From NCBI GenBank assembly GCA_965249485.1, contig OZ252239.1:480001-544000 (forward strand): a stretch of 64,000 nucleotides of DNA. The letters are read 5' to 3'. Positions 60,929 to 64,000 of the stretch are shown here, piece by piece. The translations under genes were made by a program, and so were the position numbers. Each line of letters starts with the position of its first letter. Within the stretch, counting starts at the first letter, position 1. This DNA is from a bacterium. GTDB taxonomy: Bacteria; SM23-31. Under the pieces are notes generated by a model, which was given only the letters and a program-made list of their open reading frames with translations, was not told where the DNA came from and did no database searches.

Positions 60929-61199
60929 CAGGTTTTTTATTTTCTGAATTTAGTGAGCACACAAGATAGTAAAAACCTCCTGCAGCTCCACAAAAAATAC
61001 ACAGTATAAGAAACAGAGGTGCGGTGTCAAACGTTTTATCGAGAAACCACCCTAATAAAATCCCGCCGCCAATCATCGAAAGATTCTGCGTGGTGTATGC
61101 GAGATACTTCCCAACCAGTGACGTCCAATGTTCCTTGTTATCCTTTTGTATCTTGTATGGAGGCTTTGTATAGTGACTATTTCCCAGCCTCTTGATCAC
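60921..61199 (-). CDS. AtpZ/ATPase gene-1 family small membrane protein (start uncertain)
   Basis: GGILLGWFLDKTFDTAP..LI....G...G. Confidence 0.8.
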   Translation of the reverse strand: MIKRLGNSHYTKPPYKIQKDNKEHWTSLVGKYLAYTTQNLSMIGGGILLGWFLDKTFDTAPLFLILCIFCGAAGGFYYLVCSLNSENKKPDD

Positions 61200-61590
61200 T
61201 CTTTTGTTGTAGTTGTTTTACCGGGACATTTTTATCTTCCATGATACAATTTCCATCGAAGATTGCTCCCTCAGCAATATTAAGTTTTTGCGTTTTTAAA
61301 TCTCCGACCAAAACGGAGTTTTTTTCAAGAATTATATTGGATTGCACGTTCATTTTACCGCGGACTTTGCCGCCGATTATGGCATTCGAAGCATTGATCG
61401 TGCCTTCTACTTCACCTTCACTGCCAATAGTCACTGTACCGGAAGAGGAAATCTCACCTTTGACTTTTCCGTCAATCCGTATAGAATTTTTTATTTTGAT
61501 TTTCCCGTCAATAACCGATCCTTTACCAATTATGGTATTGAGCTCTCGTTGATCGGCTCCTGAGTCGGCATCTTTATTTATTCGGAACAT
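61177..61590 (-). CDS. Bactofilin
   Basis: N-terminal MF, TIIGKGS.IDG.I.....RIDG.V.G.I, IG..G.V.G.I.A, GDL...L.IAEGA.FDG.C.M. Confidence 0.93.
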   Translation of the reverse strand: MFRINKDADSGADQRELNTIIGKGSVIDGKIKIKNSIRIDGKVKGEISSSGTVTIGSEGEVEGTINASNAIIGGKVRGKMNVQSNIILEKNSVLVGDLKTQKLNIAEGAIFDGNCIMEDKNVPVKQLQQKSDQEAGK

Positions 61591-61603
61591 TTATAATCTC
61601 CGG

Positions 61604-62422
61604 TTAGTTAACAGTCCAGAATGTCGTTGGGTCAACTGGCATAAAATTTTTCCAGACTTCAAAATGAAGGTGAGGAGCTGAACTCATTCCCGAATTCCCT
61701 AAAAGGGCAATCGGCTCATTTTGCAATACCCGATCGCGCTCCTGAACTAATAGCGAAGCATTATGTTTATAAATTGAAACATATCCGTTTTGATGGTCGA
61801 TTATAACCTGATAACCGGATTGAACTGTCCAATTCGCAAACACAATGATTCCGTCACCCGCAGCGCTCACAATTGTCCCTTCCCTTGCAGAAATATCAAT
61901 ACCAAAATGACCGCTTCCGGTCACAGCATCTTTCGGCGAAAAAAATTGCGTAAATTCTCCTTCTGCTGGGATAGATGTCGGATAAGCGCTGAGTAAATCT
62001 GCCCGTAAATACGGATTCACTCCCCTGTTCAAACTGACCGCACCCGATGGTCTCGTGAAATTGCTATTCGCCGCAATCTGGTCGATAGAACTCATTGCTT
62101 CATCATCAGGAAATTGAATATCACCAAATATATTCCTGATTCGCTTGTCGATCTCCTGGATATCAAGATACTTTCTGGCAATCTCGTTTACCATCGTGCT
62201 TTGTTCGAGGAGAGTTTCATTTGTTTCAGCAAGACGGTTATAATCCCATGTAACTTTCACGAGTTGCCAATACGATATAACACCAACCGACAAGACGATA
62301 CAGAAGAAGACAACAAGAACAGCAACAAACTTTAATATACCATATCCAACTTTAAAGGAAAATGTTTTTTTTTCACCTTCAGGTATGAGAAGAACAGATA
62401 ATGTTTCCCGTCTTTTTGCCAT
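61604..62422 (-). CDS. Membrane-anchored M23 metallopeptidase
   Basis: TM and coiled coil, HFGID (HxxxD), YKH, PHLHFE. Confidence 0.92.
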   Translation of the reverse strand: MAKRRETLSVLLIPEGEKKTFSFKVGYGILKFVAVLVVFFCIVLSVGVISYWQLVKVTWDYNRLAETNETLLEQSTMVNEIARKYLDIQEIDKRIRNIFGDIQFPDDEAMSSIDQIAANSNFTRPSGAVSLNRGVNPYLRADLLSAYPTSIPAEGEFTQFFSPKDAVTGSGHFGIDISAREGTIVSAAGDGIIVFANWTVQSGYQVIIDHQNGYVSIYKHNASLLVQERDRVLQNEPIALLGNSGMSSAPHLHFEVWKNFMPVDPTTFWTVN

Positions 62423-62437
62423 AGAAAGTCAGATATT

Positions 62438-63331
62438 TTAGTGTTTTTTATGATGAAAATCAATGTTTTTTTCGATCACGGAAAACAACTCAATCAGACG
62501 ATCAAGGTCTTCAAGAGAATAGAAATCAACCTCGATTTTTCCACCTTCCTTATGTGATTTTATTCTGACTTGTGAACCAAGAACATAGCGAAGCTTGTCT
62601 TCAAGATGGATTATTGCAGCACTTTTTTTCGTCGGTTTTACAGGTTGATTTCCTATTTTCCTCGAAGGTTTCTGGAGTAGTGCTTCTACTTGCCGGACAT
62701 TCATCTGATCTCGGATTATGCGGTTGGACATAGTCCGTTGTTCATCCGGAGACTCAAGCGCCAGGAGTGCACGAGCATGTCCCATCGTTAGATCACCTGT
62801 TTTGACTTTCTCCTGTATATCATCAGGCAGTTTAAGAAGTCGTATGCTGTTTGCAACGGTCGACCTGTCGACCGCAAAGGTCTCCGATATCTGCTGCTGT
62901 GTCATATTGAAATCATCACTCAATTTTTTAAATCCGACAGCAACCTCGATGGGATTCAAATTTTCTCTCTTGACATTTTCCAACAGAGAGAGTTCAAGGA
63001 GTTTTTTATCGTCTTCGACTTTGAGCACATATGCCGGAATTGTCGTCAGATTGAGTGCTTTTACTGCCCGCCAGCGCCGCTCTCCAGCAACAATTTCATA
63101 TCTGTTTTCAACCAGCCTAACAGCAATCGGCTGAATTAGTCCGGAATGTTGAATCGAGTTTTTAAGTGATTCAATCTGCTCTTCGTCAATTTTCTCTCTC
63201 GGTTGGAGCGGGTTAGGAACAACGGCATTGACCGGAAGATCAAGAAACTTTTTCTCACTGTCGATATAGTTTGACAGATTTGTATCTTCAAAGAGAGCCT
63301 GCAGCCCTTTACCGAGCGGTTTGGATTTCAT
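62438..63331 (-). CDS. parB: Chromosome partitioning protein ParB
   Basis: LGKGLQAL, NPLQPR, GLIQPI, AGERRWRA, ENVKRENL, HTH RSTVAN, MGHARALL; start placed at ATG 63331. Confidence 0.96.
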   Translation of the reverse strand: MKSKPLGKGLQALFEDTNLSNYIDSEKKFLDLPVNAVVPNPLQPREKIDEEQIESLKNSIQHSGLIQPIAVRLVENRYEIVAGERRWRAVKALNLTTIPAYVLKVEDDKKLLELSLLENVKRENLNPIEVAVGFKKLSDDFNMTQQQISETFAVDRSTVANSIRLLKLPDDIQEKVKTGDLTMGHARALLALESPDEQRTMSNRIIRDQMNVRQVEALLQKPSRKIGNQPVKPTKKSAAIIHLEDKLRYVLGSQVRIKSHKEGGKIEVDFYSLEDLDRLIELFSVIEKNIDFHHKKH

Positions 63332-64000
63332 CAGAAAGCATCTCCTTAGCAAGCCGCATGTAGCTCTGTGCGCCACTTGAAACAGCATCATAGAGCAGCG
63401 CAGGTTTTCCGTGGCTTGGCGCTTCGCCTAATTTTACATTTCGATAAATTACCGTATTAAATACAAGGCCTGCAAAGTAGTCCCGAACATCCGATATGAC
63501 TTGTTTCCCGAGATTCAGGCGGGAATCGAACATGGTCAGCAAAATACCCGATATCACCAGATTGGGATTTAATTTTTGTTTCACAAGACCTATTGTATTC
63601 AAGAGTTGATTAATTCCTTCCATTGCGTAATATTCTGTTTGCAGTGGAATAACAACACCATCTGAAGCTGTTAAAGCATTCAAGGTCAATAGCCCCAGTG
63701 AGGGTGGGCAGTCTACTATAATAAAATCGAATTCATTCCGTATCGGATCGATGAGTTTTTTCAGTACATATTCGCGAGATGGAGTGTTGACCAATTCCAG
63801 CTCAGCCCCAACAAGATTGACATGGGATGGTATTACTTTCAGGAACGATATTTCGGTTTCATGGAAAACGTCTTGTATCTGAACGTCACCCATAAGGGCA
63901 TTGTAAATTGAGTGTTTTACTTCTTTCTGCCGGATTCCGAAGCCGCTTGTCGCATTTGCTTGTGGATCGATATCGATGAGGAGTGTTTTTTTTTCTGCTG
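63309..64000 (-). CDS. parA: ParA/Soj ATPase, 5'-truncated by the window edge
   Basis: LLIDIDPQANATSG, LVGAE.EL, DCPPSLG, P.QTEYYAMEG, LTMFD.R, RNVKLGEAPSHG. Confidence 0.96.
   Translation of the reverse strand, partial: AEKKTLLIDIDPQANATSGFGIRQKEVKHSIYNALMGDVQIQDVFHETEISFLKVIPSHVNLVGAELELVNTPSREYVLKKLIDPIRNEFDFIIVDCPPSLGLLTLNALTASDGVVIPLQTEYYAMEGINQLLNTIGLVKQKLNPNLVISGILLTMFDSRLNLGKQVISDVRDYFAGLVFNTVIYRNVKLGEAPSHGKPALLYDAVSSGAQSYMRLAKEMLSDEIQTAR

Overview
A 64-kb bacterial chromosomal window made mostly of housekeeping genes. Gene content and order suggest an FCB-superphylum lineage (KSB1/Calditrichota/Ignavibacteria-like); this is inference only. In order it carries: the 3' part of an A2-type caa3 cytochrome c oxidase cluster with ctaA/SCO/DUF420; obgE-dprA; icd; a 1.8-kb AT-rich decaying patch (sigma28-type promoter, flagellin-like relic, small HiPIP-like 4-Cys protein, aquaporin pseudogene); a minus-strand run of two paralogous lipoproteins-pdxJ-GT2-priming sugar transferase-serS; two orphan genes; a long minus-strand run ecfT-truA-fsa-htrA-purB-purC-like-psd-pssA-DUF4321-tatA-gatA-gatB-thrC ending in a 14x34-aa repeat protein; a plus-strand run M50 protease-panC-glmU-like-LytR_C-rsfS-pfkB-mltG-pcrA-giant TPR-nadC-hutG relic-formiminotransferase; an ABC exporter, nth, lepB, lepA; and a parA-parB-M23-bactofilin-atp operon-bactofilin run. 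I saw no rRNA, tRNA, CRISPR array, transposase or prophage. Best leads: (1) an intact PurC homolog with about 8 normally invariant substrate-site residues replaced; (2) a gap-free 14x34-aa alpha-solenoid ending in a MinD-like amphipathic membrane anchor; (3) a formiminotransferase with a C2H2 zinc-finger insert next to a hutG fragment and a HutC-like box; (4) an F1Fo operon bracketed by two bactofilins directly downstream of parAB-M23; (5) a sigma28 promoter in front of a probable decayed flagellin. All family assignments come from motif recognition by eye; no database searches were run.
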